DNA of 64,000 nt from Eledone cirrhosa (Eukaryota): assembly GCA_964016885.1 (NCBI GenBank), contig OZ024743.1, positions 229,772,001 to 229,836,000 of the forward strand, in the 5' to 3' direction. Made by a program: the position numbers and the translations under genes. Under the pieces are notes generated by a model. That model made no database searches and was not told the origin of the DNA. It saw only the letters and a list, made by a program, of their open reading frames with translations. Within the stretch, counting starts at the first letter, position 1; each line of letters opens with the position of its first letter. This document shows, in pieces, positions 43,515 through 62,249 of the stretch.

Positions 43515-44112
43515 CATGTCCAAATATGTCATCACGGTACTATCTACCTATGAGGCATGATGTCCGAATATGTCATCATGGTAATAACTATCTATCTCCC
43601 TATGAGGCATGATTTAGTGGCCAAAACACTGTACAATGCAATCCTTAGAAAAGATATCCCCGACAATAAACACATTAAAAGGTACAGTAATGTGGAAGAC
43701 ATACATATATATATAATATAAAAGAGTACTGGTGGAATGTTTCAGTAACCCGCCCAACAAAAAAGAAAATGCAGGCATAACAGACCAGATATAATATGGC
43801 ACAGGCAAAAGAAGGCATGCACAGTAGTGGAAGTTAGCTGTCCAGCAGATGCTAATATAATATTAAAAATTAGCGAAAAGGAGAATATCTAAGCAGAACT
43901 AATGAGAAATCTACAGATGCTCCACTATACCTTCAGATTTATACTTGTGATTATTGGAGCAATGAGATATGTTTGTAACTGCCTTAATACCAATCTTGAG
44001 AAACTGGGCTTCACAGAAACAGAAAGAACATGACTAGGTAGGAATTTACAACTACAATCCATTAATAGAACAGTAACAATATGTAAAACATTCCAAAAAT
44101 TCTGCATCTAAT
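43515..44112 (+). mobile_element. 3' fragment of a restriction-like-endonuclease non-LTR element (R4/Dong-type)
   Basis: YYLPMRHD, YWWNVSV, HNRPDIIW, TVVEVSCPAD, KISEKENI, VIIGAM across disrupted frames. Confidence 0.75.
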
Positions 44113-44332
44113 AACTGCATATACACTTGTACAGATACAAAACATATGTACATGCTCAAATATAACTCAAAACATCCACATCCACACATACAATAACATC
44201 CATACCTCCAAACACATGCATGCATTTTAAGATCAGAAGAACATACATACTACACACACACACATACATACATACATACATACATACATACATACATACA
44301 TACATACGTACATACATACATACATACATACA

Positions 44333-44366
<34 letters not shown>

Positions 44367-45451
44367 CATACATACATACATACATACTTACATTCATATA
44401 TGTGTGTATATATATGTTTGTCAATATGCTTCCTTGGGAGATCTATTAAGACCAACACATGACTGTTGCTTTCATCAAGTTGACATGTAGAAACAGCCAA
44501 CTTCCACAATGTTGCCTTAATCTTAATTTATTTCAAAAGACAGATCGGCAGTGCCTATGGGTGATACCTCTCTTGTTTACCTCTCATGACATGGACACCT
44601 TTAATGGGAGTTTTGGTGTTGAATTAACCCCTCTGTCTAAAACAAGCAGAACAATACTCATTGAGTTAATATCAATGATTGTAACCCTTATGAATTTTAT
44701 TTCTGAAAATATTAAAATGTTGAAAATAAATTAATAAAATATAACGATTTAAGAAACGAAACCTTGATGGAAATAATACCCTACCAATAGCACACAAATC
44801 CCTTCCAAATAACGAGAGTTTCTGTTTAGTCACTATAACTGCAAGAAACAAACAGCTATATCTTTCTCAAATAATACCATAATATATTTAAAAAAACAAA
44901 AAAACAAAGGCTGGCTAAGTCCCCAATACCTTTCATCAAATGTCTGCTCATTTGTGGTTTGCTTAGGGTTAAAAATCATTAACAACTCTTCTAATACGAC
45001 TAGGAACAAGACCAAGATCAAAGGCGAGAGCATAAACAAAAACAAAGAATATTATTAAATACTCAGAAAAATAGTTAACCTAAATAATGAAGAAATTCTT
45101 AGTAGTCAAAGAGACAAACGATAGGATAAAAAAACAACACAAATTAAAACTATATAATAAACCAACAATCAAACAATATACAAGGAAACATAACGAAACA
45201 CCATATAAACATGAGAACTATAAAAAACAAACATAAAATCGAAGAAATTTCATTGAAAGAATTTGTAAACGTTAGAAATTCTTGAAAGTTTTCATACTGC
45301 GACGATGTGTTTCTGAGAGCTCAAGTTTATGCAAATATTCTGGCCTGATGTGAATTAGGTGGTGGATGTTGATAAAACTGACAGAGAAGTCTGGTGATAA
45401 AGGCGATGTGGCGGCGTTGATGATTGTGAGGGCAAGGGTGATGTAGGTGCT

Positions 45452-45493
<42 letters not shown>

Positions 45494-45825
45494 TAGATAG
45501 ATAAATTGATAGATAGATAGGTAGATGAAGGTGTGATGATGAGAGAGTTGACTATCAGATGTGATAGCTGTGCATTAGACAGTGATGGTGTGATGATGAT
45601 GATAGATAGAGGCGTGTACGAAGACATGTGACGATGTGTACTCTAGAAGAAGTGTATGTGTGTGGGTGTGTGTGTGTTTGTGTGTGTGTGAGCTTGTGTA
45701 TGTGTATATGTGAGATGTGCTATTTACACGTTTTTCTGCTATTTGTCGTAATTGATGCTAGTTTTGTAGAATAATTGTAGATTTCTTGTTTTTGAAAATT
45801 TCATTTTCTTTCCCCAGCTACTGCT

Positions 45826-47430
45826 ACTATCAACGCCACCACCACCACCAACACCACCACCACCACCACCACCACCAATAACACCACCACCACCAACACC
45901 ACCTCCAACAAAACAACAACAGCAACTCCACCACCAACACCAACACCACCTCCAACAAAACAACAACAGCAACTCCACCACCAACACCAACACCACCACC
46001 AACAAAACAACAACAGCAACTCCACCACCACCACCAACACCAACACCACCACTAACACTACTGCTAATATTGTCATCTGCCCCCCCCCCCCCCCCCCACA
46101 CACACACATACATCACCAACAACAACAACAGCAACTCCACCACCAACACCAACACCACCTCCAACAAAACAACAACAGCAATTCCACCACCACCACCACC
46201 ACCAACACCACCAACAAAACAACAACAGCAACTCCACCACCACCAACAACAAAACAACAACAGCAACTCCACCACCACCACCAACACCACCTCCAACAAA
46301 ACAACAACAGCAACTCCACCACCACCACCAACACCAACACCACCACTAACACTACTGCTAATATTGTTATCTTCCCCCCCCCCACACACACACATACATC
46401 ACCAACAACAACAACAGCAACTCCACCACCACCACCAATAACACCACCACCACCAACACCACCTCCAACAAAACAACAACAGCAACTCCACCACCAACAC
46501 CAACACCACCTCCAACAAAACAACAACAGCAACTCCACCACCAACACCAACACCACCACCAACAAAACAACAACAGCAACTCCACCACCACCACCAACAC
46601 CACCTCCAACAAAACAACAACAGCAACTCCACCACCACCACCACCAACACCACCAACAAAACAACAACAGCAACTCCACCACCACCAACAACAAAACAAC
46701 AACAGCAACTCCACCACCACCACCAACACCACCTCCAACAAAACAACAACAGCAACTCCACCACCACCACCAACACCAACACCACCACTAACACTACTGC
46801 TAATATTGTCATCTGCCCCCCCACACACACACACGCATACATCACCAACAACAACAACAGCAACTCCACCACCACCACTAACACTACTGCTACTATCAAG
46901 GCCACCACCACCACCACCAATAACACCACCACCACCAACACCACCTCCAACAAAACAACAACAGCAACTCCACCACCAACACCAACAACACCAACACCAC
47001 CACCACCTCACCACCACCACTAACACTACTGCTAATATTGTCATTTGCCCCCCCCCCCCACACACACACATCACCAACAACAACAACAGCACCACCACCA
47101 CCACCACCACTAACACTATTGCTACTATTGTCACCTACCCTACCAACACCACCATCACCACTACCACCAACAACAACAACAGCACACAACTACTGATACT
47201 ATTGAGGCTAACTCCACCACCACGACCCCCACCATCGGCACAAGCAACACCACCACTGCCCACAACACCAGCAACAGCAACAATACTACTACTACTTCTT
47301 CCAGCAGTAGCACCATCACTACTACCACTACTACTACTACAACTACTACTACTACTACTACTACTTCCACTACTACTACTGATACTGCTGCTGTTGTTGC
47401 CACTGCTGCTGCTGCTGCTGCTGCTGCTAA
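45826..47430. repeat. Complex (CCA/CAA) minisatellite with higher-order units
   Basis: Recurrent 'aacaaaacaacaacagcaactccaccacc' modules, punctuated by 'actactgctaatattgtcatctgccccccc-cacacac' blocks. Confidence 0.85.
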
Positions 47431-47828
47431 ACAGACAACAACATCCTTTTCTCCTATGAAGAGAAGGCCACATATTTTAACGGAAAAGACAGGTTAAGCA
47501 TGAATTAACCTTTCAATAATAAGACTGCTATTTCTTGTAGCGACCCTGAGGTAGTATGTAGCAAAGTCTATCTCGGTAGGGTTTGAACTGAAAACGCAAT
47601 TAGACCTTATCAAATATCACAATATATTTCGTCACAAGCCATATTATTATTATTTTTTTCTATTTAATTTGGACACATTGCTTCTAGAAATAATTTCTTT
47701 TATAGGTTATCATCAACATCCTCAACATCATCAGTATTTGTGTTGCGCACTTAACCTCCTAGTGGAAATGAAGAGGCGATTCCTGACGTATGACGCTCCT
47801 TTGGCATTGAAATCTGACAAAGCCGACT

Positions 47829-47885
<57 letters not shown>

Positions 47886-48337
47886 CTGGGGAATCAGCTA
47901 CAGTAGACGATTGGTGCTTTATCGATGCCCCGAAAGGATGAAAGACAATGTTGATCACGTTGTGTTTTGTAATTGGGGCACATAGACCTGCACAACGAAT
48001 ACCACGATGCATTCTATCTGATGCACTAAAAATTCTGCTAATTCATTACCTTTGCACATACAAACATGATGGCTGCAAACTCTGTCAGATTATAGAGTTT
48101 GGTGCACTTTTAGGCTACGGCCAGCCACAAGAACCTGTAACAGATCCTGAACAAGCAATGCCCGTGTGCTGAAGGTTTTTTAAGTGCGGAAAGGCCTTGT
48201 ACTCGACCAATCTCACCCTCTGAGCATCGAAAACACTACACGAAAAGGAGAACTGGTCAACATACATACATACATACATACATACATACATACATACATA
48301 CATACATACATACGCACATACATACACACATACACGC

Positions 48338-48386
<49 letters not shown>

Positions 48387-48390
48387 CACA

Positions 48391-48520
<130 letters not shown>

Positions 48521-48732
48521 AATATAGAAATTACTTCTACAGGACTAGAACTGCCTCATTCACATGATATCATTAGGAATGTCCTTATGATTTCATACGA
48601 ACGAAACAATTCTAGAGCCGTTTCTGGTGCCTCTTGATTAGTGCAGCTCGATCTGTACTTTGCATTCCGAGTGGTAAGGGCATTTAACAGTTTGCTGGAT
48701 TTTTGCCAAAAATAGAAACAACAACAAAAATA

Positions 48733-48788
<56 letters not shown>

Positions 48789-49356
48789 GATTACTATTAC
48801 TACAATCACCACTTTCCCTACCTCCAACATTATCATCATATGCATTACGACTGTACCACCATCAGCACCAACAATAACAACTGCACTATAAGGACACCTA
48901 CCAACACTGCCTCTAACAACAACCCCATCATAACCACAGCCATCACGACAAACAACAACAACAACAAGCCCTACATCCCTATCCCTGTCACACCCGTCGC
49001 CACCAATCACACCACCTCAAGCTAAAACTTAACCGACATGACACTCAAGAAAAACAAAAACAGCGACAACGACAAATACTCCCATATTCTCACCCAGCCG
49101 CCTCTATCACACTCACGGCTACAGTCACCACCATCATGACGACCACCAAAATCTAATGACTCGAGGGAATGAAAATAGAAAGAAATCTAAAGGAAAAAGC
49201 TACAAAAAGAAGGCCACCATTACTCTATAATAAAAATTCCTCCGATTACCACATTGTGTAAAAATCTTTCGCAGAATTTATTTCAAACATGGTTTCTTTC
49301 TATCATTCAGCTTATCTAGTTTTATGTCCACCTGTCTTTTTCTTTCTTTTTATTTT

Positions 49357-49436
<80 letters not shown>

Positions 49437-49545
49437 TCCTTCTTTTTTCTTTCTTTCCTTTCGTTCTTTCCTTTTCTTTCCTTTTTCTTCTTTTTTTTTC
49501 TTTCTTACTTTATTTATTCATTTATTTCGTTCTGTTTCAATTCCT

Positions 49546-49583
<38 letters not shown>

Positions 49584-49807
49584 CGATCTTTCTCTCTCTC
49601 TCTCGATCTATCTAACTATCTATCAATCCCTATCACATTTCCCTTTCTATCCAGTATTTCTTCCACTCTCTACATATAAATGTTATAGCCCCAAGGCAAA
49701 CTCTACTCGATAGAAAGCGAAACGTTAGATGCCAGCAATATGTATAATTTGTAAGCAGAAAGAATCTCTAATCTCTGAATATGTCCAAATTCCTGGACCA
49801 AGTTCTT

Positions 49808-49841
<34 letters not shown>

Positions 49842-49930
49842 CAGCAGCAGTAGCAGCAGCAGAAGTTATCGTAGTATGTAAATATACGCATACATACATG
49901 TATACATACATACAAACTAGCCCATATATA

Positions 49931-50848
49931 GGTGTGTCAGAAAAGTTCCAGGACTGATGTCACAAAAGATTTATTTCAAACCCAAACTTGAAACTAAGAG
50001 TTTTCTCCTTCAAAGTAATCCCCCTGGAGTATGTAACTGTAATCTTAGCTCTCTGCAGCGATCAAACTTTTTTCTTCATAATTTTATATACATATCCTCT
50101 GTTTCAGGTCGTCAAGCAATGAGCACAGAGCAACGAACAAACTTGCAGTTTCTAGTACGGTTGGGGAAAACTCCGTCAGAAGCACTGGGATTGGTGCAGC
50201 ATGTCTATGGAGACGAGACGATGTCACGCTCACGTGTTTTTGAGTGGTGAAAGACGTTTAAAGAAGGACCCGAGGACGTGGAAGATGACCCCAGGAGCGG
50301 AAGGCCCTCAACAACCAGGACTGAGGTCAACGCTGAGCGCGTCAGGCAGATGGTGTGTAGCGATCATCGGCTGACTGTTCAACTGATGGCAAATGAGCTG
50401 GGTATGAATCGGACAGCGTCTGGAAGATTCTCACTGAAGATTTGGATTTGAAGATTTGGCGGAAAGTCTGCGCGAAGATGGTGCCAAAACTGCTGAACCA
50501 TGACCAGAAGGGTCGACGCATGCAAGTGTGCCAGGACAACCTCGAGCATCTTGAAATCGAAACAGACTTGCTAGAGACAGTCATCACCGGTCATGGATCT
50601 TCGAGTACGACCCGGAGGCGACCCGTTTTGCAGACGTGGACGACATCAAAAAGGCCGTGACGACGGAACTGCGGATGATCCCGGAAAAATCCTTCCAGGA
50701 GTGCATGCAAGTGTGGCAGAAAAGGATGGGAAAGTGCATTAGACTCCAGGGGGGTTACTTTGAAGGAGAAAACTCTTAGTTTGAAGTTTGGGTTTGAAAT
50801 AAATCTTTTGTGACATCAGTCCTGGAAATTTTCTGACACACACACCTC

Positions 50849-50849
<1 letters not shown>
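49931..50849 (+). mobile_element. Internally deleted mariner transposon with ~100-bp TIRs
   Basis: TIRs 49931-50030 and 50742-50849; TA flanks; transposase remnants MSTEQRTNLQFLVRLGKTPSE..SRSRVFEW*K.FKEG.EDVEDDPRSGRPST, KVCAKMVPKLL, GGYFEG. Most of the DDD domain is missing. Confidence 0.88.
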
Positions 50850-50883
<34 letters not shown>

Positions 50884-50920
50884 AAAGAATAGAGGTGAAA
50901 CACACACGTTATTATATATT

Positions 50921-54691
<3,771 letters not shown>

Positions 54692-54697
<6 letters not shown>

Positions 54698-55616
54698 ATA
54701 GATTAACGGAGCCATAGACTCTCGCTATTCCCTGTCAATAATGTGCTCAAAGGAGAAGGAATCCTGGGCTCTTTAAAATGCAATATGTTGAAAATTAACA
54801 CGCTAAAGAGAGATAGTGCGCCATCAATAAAACAGGGAAAAACCACCAGTGTATGGAATCTATAACCTATGAAAGGCAGGGTAGACACACGATAATTAAA
54901 AATATAAGTTAAAGTGTATATAAAAACCTCTATAACTATATAAAACACACGTAAAAATAAAAAGAGATCTGTTTCGCCAATAATTTGTTGACAGAAATAA
55001 GTAGTTCATGGTTCATCAGCGTGTATAAGGCTATCCATTTCAGACAACTCTAAGAGAATTTAAAGTTACCTTTTCAACATATTGTATTTTAAAGAGCTCA
55101 GAATTCCTTCTCCTTTGAGCACATTATTGACAGGGAATAGCGAGAGTCTATGGCTCCGTTAATCTATCGTGATATTTCGCTCCTTATAACAATCTTTCCT
55201 CTCTCACTGTTTGGTTGAGTACACTCCTCTGAGTGGTTTTGGGCTGCCCTTTCTAGCAGCTCGTCCCTCATACACCACTGGTTCCCTGCCCTAAACACGT
55301 TGTGACTTTTCTCTCCAACGTGTAGCTGGACAGTCGCTTTAAATTCTCTTAGAGTTGTCTGAAATGTATAGCCTTACACACGCTAACGAACCATGGGTAT
55401 TTACTTCTGTCAACAAATTATTGGCGAAACAGATCTCTTTGGATGTGTACGTGTGTTATATAGTTATAGAGGTTTTGTATATACACTTTAATTTATATTT
55501 TTAATTACCGTGTGTCTACCCTGCCTTTCATAGGTTATAGATTCCATACACTGGTGGTTTTTCCCTGTTTTATTGATGGCGCATTATTTCTCTCTAGTGT
55601 GTTACCATTTCAATAT

Positions 55617-55622
<6 letters not shown>
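54692..55622. mobile_element. ~536-bp terminally redundant monomer plus inverted partial copy; both carry HHR relics
   Basis: 'tttcaa.atattgta' at 55072 and 55608. 54692-55065 is a permuted reverse complement. HHR motifs at 54946-55025 (-) and 55376-55456 (+). Confidence 0.72.
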
Positions 55623-55660
<38 letters not shown>

Positions 55661-55865
55661 TATGTACACTAACATACATATATGTATACAGACGTACAGT
55701 AGTATGTATATATATATACATACATGCAGATATATATATATATGTACGTATGGATTCACCGAACATTTATTATAATGCTCGGTGTGTTTGAAAAACAAAC
55801 ATCCCGTAATAAGCCGTAGTGTCTAGCAAATATCGTTGCTAGTTTGTTCAACATTGACAAAGGAA

Positions 55866-55906
55866 CGCTGTACTAGTTTCAAGCTTATTAGCTATCGTCA
55901 GCAACG
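55866..55906 (-). ncRNA. Minimal type I hammerhead ribozyme
   Basis: CGTTG-CTGACGA-T AGC TAATAA GCT T-GAAAC TA GTA-CAGCG; palindromic helix III ACTAGT. Confidence 0.83.
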
Positions 55907-56269
55907 TATACCTTCCTGCCAGATTGTTGAACGTATATACTTACCTTATGCATATTAACGGCTGAGTAGCCCAATTTGCATATCGAGTGGGTTAATCGGC
56001 CGGGTGCACCGAAAACGATAAACGGAAAAAATGAAACGAAATTTCATTTCCCACTCTTAGTACGGCTGTTACTTAAATATAAGTATATACACGTACATAC
56101 ATATATGTATACGTACTATGAGTGGGAAATGAAATTTCGTTTCATTTTTTCCGTTTATCGTTTTCAGTGCACCCGGTCGATTAACCCACTCGATATGCAA
56201 ATTGGGCTACTCAGCCGTTAATATGCATAAGGTAAGTATATACGTTCAATAATCTGGCAGGAAAGTATA

Positions 56270-56310
56270 CGTTGCTGACGATAGCTAATAATCTTGAAAC
56301 TAGTACAGCG
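56270..56310 (+). ncRNA. Minimal type I hammerhead ribozyme (one helix II mismatch)
   Basis: CGTTG-CTGACGA-TAGCTAATAATCTT-GAAAC TA GTA-CAGCG. Confidence 0.75.
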
Positions 56311-56573
56311 TTCCTTTTTCAGTGTTGAACAAACGAGCAACGATCGTTGCTAGACACTACGGCTTAATACGGGATGTTTGTTTACAAACACACCGAGCAT
56401 TATAATAAATGTTCGGTGAATCCATACGTACATATATATATGTGTGCATGTATGTGTATATATATACATACTACTGTACGCCTGTATACATATATGTATG
56501 TACGTGTACATACTTATATTTAAGTAACAGCCATACTAAGAGTGGGAAATGAAATTTCGTTTCATTTTTTCCG

Positions 56574-56693
<120 letters not shown>

Positions 56694-56889
56694 AATGTAA
56701 TCCGAGTTTTACGAATATTAATAATAACATTCGATTCGTTTGAAATTATGCAAACAATAATCATTTTTGAAGCCATGTCAGTAGAATGAGTTCCTCATTC
56801 TTGCTCTTATGTTGGCATGTAAACAGAACCGTAGACACTAATGTTTCTGGGTATTACCCTTCATCAGTAGAGTTATTATTATTATCATC

Positions 56890-56949
<60 letters not shown>

Positions 56950-57619
56950 TATAAATGAGGTGTTAATAATTGTAAGTGAATCAAATGACACCTAAGAAAT
57001 ATAACTTTAGCAGCTGCATTCAATACGCCTACTTTATTAAAAATGCAAGTATGAATCTTTATGTTTGCATGATATATGTGTAATTGTCTGTATGTGCATA
57101 TGTATGCATGAAGTGTATGTATGTATGTAAGTATGTAGGTATGTATATTCTTCTGGTTTTATAATTTCACAAATGTTTGCCAATAGAAAGAGAGTAGGTT
57201 TCTAACACAGATAGAGGACTCTCTTATTGGAATTTACACAACATCAACTAGGTAGATATGTATGCATGTCTCCTTGCATGCATCTATGAGCAGGTATGGA
57301 TGTTATTGTATGTGTGGATGTTTATGTTTTGAGTTTCATGTGTGCATCTGCATATGCTTTGTATTTGTACATGTGTATATACATATGTATGTGTGTATGT
57401 ATGTATGTGTGTATGTATGTACGCATTTATGTATGTATGTATTCATGTATATGTATCTACGAATAGACGGTTATCCGTTGTATGATTTCAAAAAATAACC
57501 TTTGTTTTTGCTTTTGTTGTTATTTAGCGCTAATGTATTTGAAATACCACCACCCTGTCTTTTAGGGACATGCAGGTATACGTTGTATAATGTGACATTT
57601 CCCTCTTTAAGACTCTAAT

Positions 57620-58052
57620 ATAATTGTTTCTCCTTTTGGCACAAGGCCAGTAATTACGCCAGTGCATTACTGGTGCTTTATTTTATCGACCCTGTAAGGA
57701 TGAAAGGCAAAGTTTACCTCGGCGGGATTTGAACTTAGTGGTGGATTGGAAGAATCGGTAGAGGGTTGGACACCATGCATTGTAGCATAATTACGCCCCT
57801 TTACGGTCTGAGTTCAAATCCCGCCGAGGTAAACTTTGCCTTTCATCCTTACGGGGTCGAGAAAATAATTGTTTCTCCTTTTGGCAGAAGGCCAGTAATT
57901 TCCCCAGTGCATTACTGGTGCTTTATTTTATCGACCCCGTAAGGATGAAAGGCAAAGTTTACCTCGGCGGGATTTGAACTCAGACCGTAAAGGGGCGTAA
58001 TTATGCTACAATGCATGGTTTCCAACCCTCTACCGATACTGCCAATCCACCA
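57620..58052. mobile_element. Three near-identical SINE segments in -/+/- orientation
   Basis: 57620-57738 (-), 57739-57867 (+), 57866-58052 (-); B-box 'gagttcaaatccc'. Confidence 0.8.
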
Positions 58053-58750
58053 CTATAATGTTAATTGATATTTGGCTGTTATATCAGGCAGATCAATTGG
58101 TGGCGCGGAGTCTTTTATATTGATTCGTAATATTGCTTAGCTGTGTGGCTCTGGTTGAGGGTGGGACTATATAAACCGGATGTTATCCACTGCGGGAGAT
58201 GTTCGTGTCAACATTACTGAAAATCGTAGAACATGGGAACTGTCAAATATTGGTCACTATAGTAAGAGTGGCGCCAGGTTCAGTTGACATTCATATTATA
58301 TATTTGTTTTAAAAATGTAACGGGAAATCCTACAGATAAGCATAAATCCTGCGAGACTTTCGTAAACTATGAATATTTTACCATTTTCAAAAAGCAAAAA
58401 TATCATTAACTGGCATTAATCCATACAGATTATGTTGTGAACACTCCCACTCCACCCTAACACCTGGGGAATTACGAATTAATAGTCAACGAATATAATT
58501 TCAATGGAAGAAGCAATAAGTAGCCAGGGTATATAAATTTGTCAAAAATGCCCAAGAAAAAAAAAAAAAGAAAACAAAGAAAGAAAGAACGAAAACAAAA
58601 CCAAAAAATATCTTACAAACCAATACAGAAAAATCGTGTCAGGAGTAAAAAATAGAGAGAGAGCATTTCATAAAAAAAGTTATAAGTGAAAAAGTAAGGT
58701 AGACTGCAAAAAATGCTTAGGTATTTCTAAACCTCGAATACACTCGCACG

Positions 58751-58845
<95 letters not shown>

Positions 58846-59569
58846 TGGTGGGGCAGTTGGTGTTTGGTGGCCATGTGTGTCTGTCTGAGTGCACACTACT
58901 TTTTTTAGCCCCTTGCACTAAACATAAGTCCTCCGTGGTCCCTGGTTATACATATATGATAATAAATTCATCAATATGATAATACAGTTATATTAGACAA
59001 ATTGCAACAAACATGGGAGCAACAAAAATCAAAATCAAAAGTGCACGCATATATATATACAGATATGATAAGGAAAGAGAAGGAAATAAGATTAAATTTG
59101 TGGTGACGGTGATGATGGTATTGGTGGTGATAGTGCAGGGGGGTCGTCGTGGTGGTGCTGGTGGTGATTGTGGCGCCATTGATGAAGATGATGGTGGCGG
59201 TATATGTGTTGGTGGTAGTGATGATTGTGTAGATGGCGGTAGGGAAAGAGGTGACGACGAATTACTATTAGTCTTACGTTCATAGTATGAAATTATTTGT
59301 GTCAAATATCAAAATATGTATTCTATGTCCCCAGCTTGACATGAATATATGGAAATATATACATGTCGATGCATATATTGTAATATAGGAAGTAGGGAGG
59401 TAGATATATTAAAAAAGCAGAAAGATAATGGTACAGATCATTTTCAGACAAAACTTATGTCTTAAAGATTACACACATATATATACAAATATACACACAT
59501 GTATATATATAAATGAAAGGTATAGAAAACATTGTAGAAAAAAGCCAACAGTATTTCATAATATATAAG

Positions 59570-59606
<37 letters not shown>

Positions 59607-61129
59607 ATGTGTGGTTATGTCTGTATATATATATATATATATGTATATATTTATGTGTATATATATATATATATATACATACATACATAATAGGCGTATG
59701 TCAATGCATATACAATATGTTTATGTACAATAAACATACACGAGTCTCGCTATCAGTATGAGTGTTTCAAACTGTGGTTATGTCCCAACTACGCCTGTAG
59801 TCACGTGAGAACAGCAAATACTTGTGGTTCAAGTGTTGTATCTATTTTCACTGATATCTATTCTCTACAAATGCTTATGGTGTGAAATTAACAAGGCTGT
59901 GTTAATTAGCAGTAGTACTAACGCAGAGAGATTATATAACAGTTTATTTTACCTTTATAACGAGTGCGTAAACTTCACAGTAGATGGTTAGTATCTTGGA
60001 ACACTAGCGTTTGGCGTTCTCACACGTCTAGTAAAGTAACTGTAAAATGAGCATAGCTTTAAATGCTTGTAGCGGGATTTCTGTGTGTCTATTATATATT
60101 AACATATTGCGTATGCAATTATATATGTCATTTTTATGAATCTTGCCGTGTTAGGGCTACTGTTGATCTATGCATAAATACACCTATATTTATTTGCTAG
60201 CAAGCACAAATAGAGTGATCTGATTGCATCACGTGTCAAGCATATTAACTAACGGCACACGTTATCTTCAATTGACGAGACACTTCTAGAAAATTCAACC
60301 ATCATGTCTCTGAATATATAAAGTCTAAAGTCTTTCCTAAGCTCGGCTACTTATCAGGCCAGTGCTTATTGGTGTTGAGAGTACAAGACTTCCTTCCCTC
60401 TCTGGACAGGGCGTCAGTCGTTTGCAGAATTAAACCTCGAGCTACCGTTGCCATACATTTTCACCTGAGTATCCTGGAGCAACATTAAATGAAGTATTTT
60501 GCTCAAGAACACAACCCGTCCCAAAAATTGAGAGATAGATAGATAGAAAGATAGATATATAGATAGATAGATAGACAGACACAAATATAGACAGATAGAT
60601 AGATAGGCAGATAGGCAGATAGATTGATAGGTAGACATACAGAATTATCTCCCTTCTTCCCCTAGAGCTTCTGACAATTGCCGCTAGGTCTTTCTCCTAG
60701 AGATTTCTTTTTTGCGTTCGGTATTTGGTACATACCTCTTTAATCAAATTATCCAAATCCATTATATTGGGCGACATGAATTATTTCGCTTAATTCGTTT
60801 TATTTTTAATTATGCAAATCTTTTTTAACATATTCGAAACTCTTTTTCTGTGTAAATATTTATACACTGATTAGAATGTTTTGTTAGACTGCGCTATGCT
60901 TATTAAATCGAATAGACAGATATGTGCCCTTAGTTGTTCCTCGCCTGCAAACAAAGTTAAGTCTGACCTTTCCATAAGAATGTAAATTAACTTGAGAATT
61001 AAAACTTAATTTATTGAAATTGTCCCCCCTTTATATTTTGAGTCGCAAAATCAGTTTTCCTTTACTGATTTATTTAGATGGGGTCTAGAATATTGTATGT
61101 GTGCAAATATACAAACATTATATATATAG

Positions 61130-61318
61130 GGCGGTGGATTGGCAGTATCGGTAGAGAGTCGGACACCATGCTTTGAAGCATAGAGTTACGTCCCTTTATG
61201 ATCTGAGTTCAAATCCCGCCGAGGTTAACTTTGCTTTTCATCCTTACGGGGTCGATAAAATAAAGTACCAGTAATGTACTGGTAAATTGCTGGCCTTGTG
61301 CCTAAAATAGAAACAATT
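61130..61318 (+). mobile_element. tRNA-derived SINE
   Basis: Same family as 37560; flanked by (TA)n. Confidence 0.8.
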
Positions 61319-61354
61319 ATATATATATATATATACATACGTACATACATATAT

Positions 61355-61401
<47 letters not shown>

Positions 61402-62249
61402 TGTGTGTGTGTGTGTGTCTGTGTGTGTGTGTGTAAATAGATTTTAAGTCAGTGCTGCAGCATATGTACAAATTTAATTTGCATATTATAATTGTTTCGA
61501 TATCGATCAGGTGAGGGTACAACCAAGGTGACGGGCCCCCACTCTTTTTCGATATCTCGCCCGATCTTATATGGGCAAATACACAACTAAACTGTTTATA
61601 TATATATGCATACCGCCACCTCCCACACAATTAAGCGAGTGAAACGAATTTTGTGTCTTTAAATGCGACCAGCATGACGTAAGATTACCAAGAATAAGTA
61701 CCAATTATAAGTGGTATTCGATATATGCAGTTATCTATCATACACAAATCGATTGAACACTCATATCTTTGACAAACAAGTCCAAGAATTTGTCACTACA
61801 TTTCAAAGAAATTAGCCAGACAGATATGTAAGACAAGTATATGAAATAAAAAATATATATCTTCATAATACACTAAGTGACAGGAACTCTTATTAGATAG
61901 ACATTGAATAAATTGTATTTCAACATTATGCATTGAAAAACATTTCAAGCATTTAAATAGTGAAATTTAGTATTGGCTATGTTGTAAACATATCGTCAAT
62001 TTGAAAAGAGATAACATTTTATGGGATTAAAATTTCTATGGAATGAAACAAATTTAATATTGTGTGATCTCATGAAAAAAATGTGGGCGTAGTTTTGAAG
62101 TAAGTTTCCTTTATTAGTATGACGAATGGCACTGATTAGAATAACGGCAAACCAGCTTATTTGGCAAATTTTATTACACATCCAGGTATTCGTTTTCAAG
62201 CTATAGGCATATATATATATATATGTTTATGTATATATACATACACAAA

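Noticed and set aside
45739-47473. Mucin-like or Cys/Trp-rich protein gene
   Set aside because: Several frames are open only because of the CCA/CAA repeat composition; there is no splice or domain evidence.
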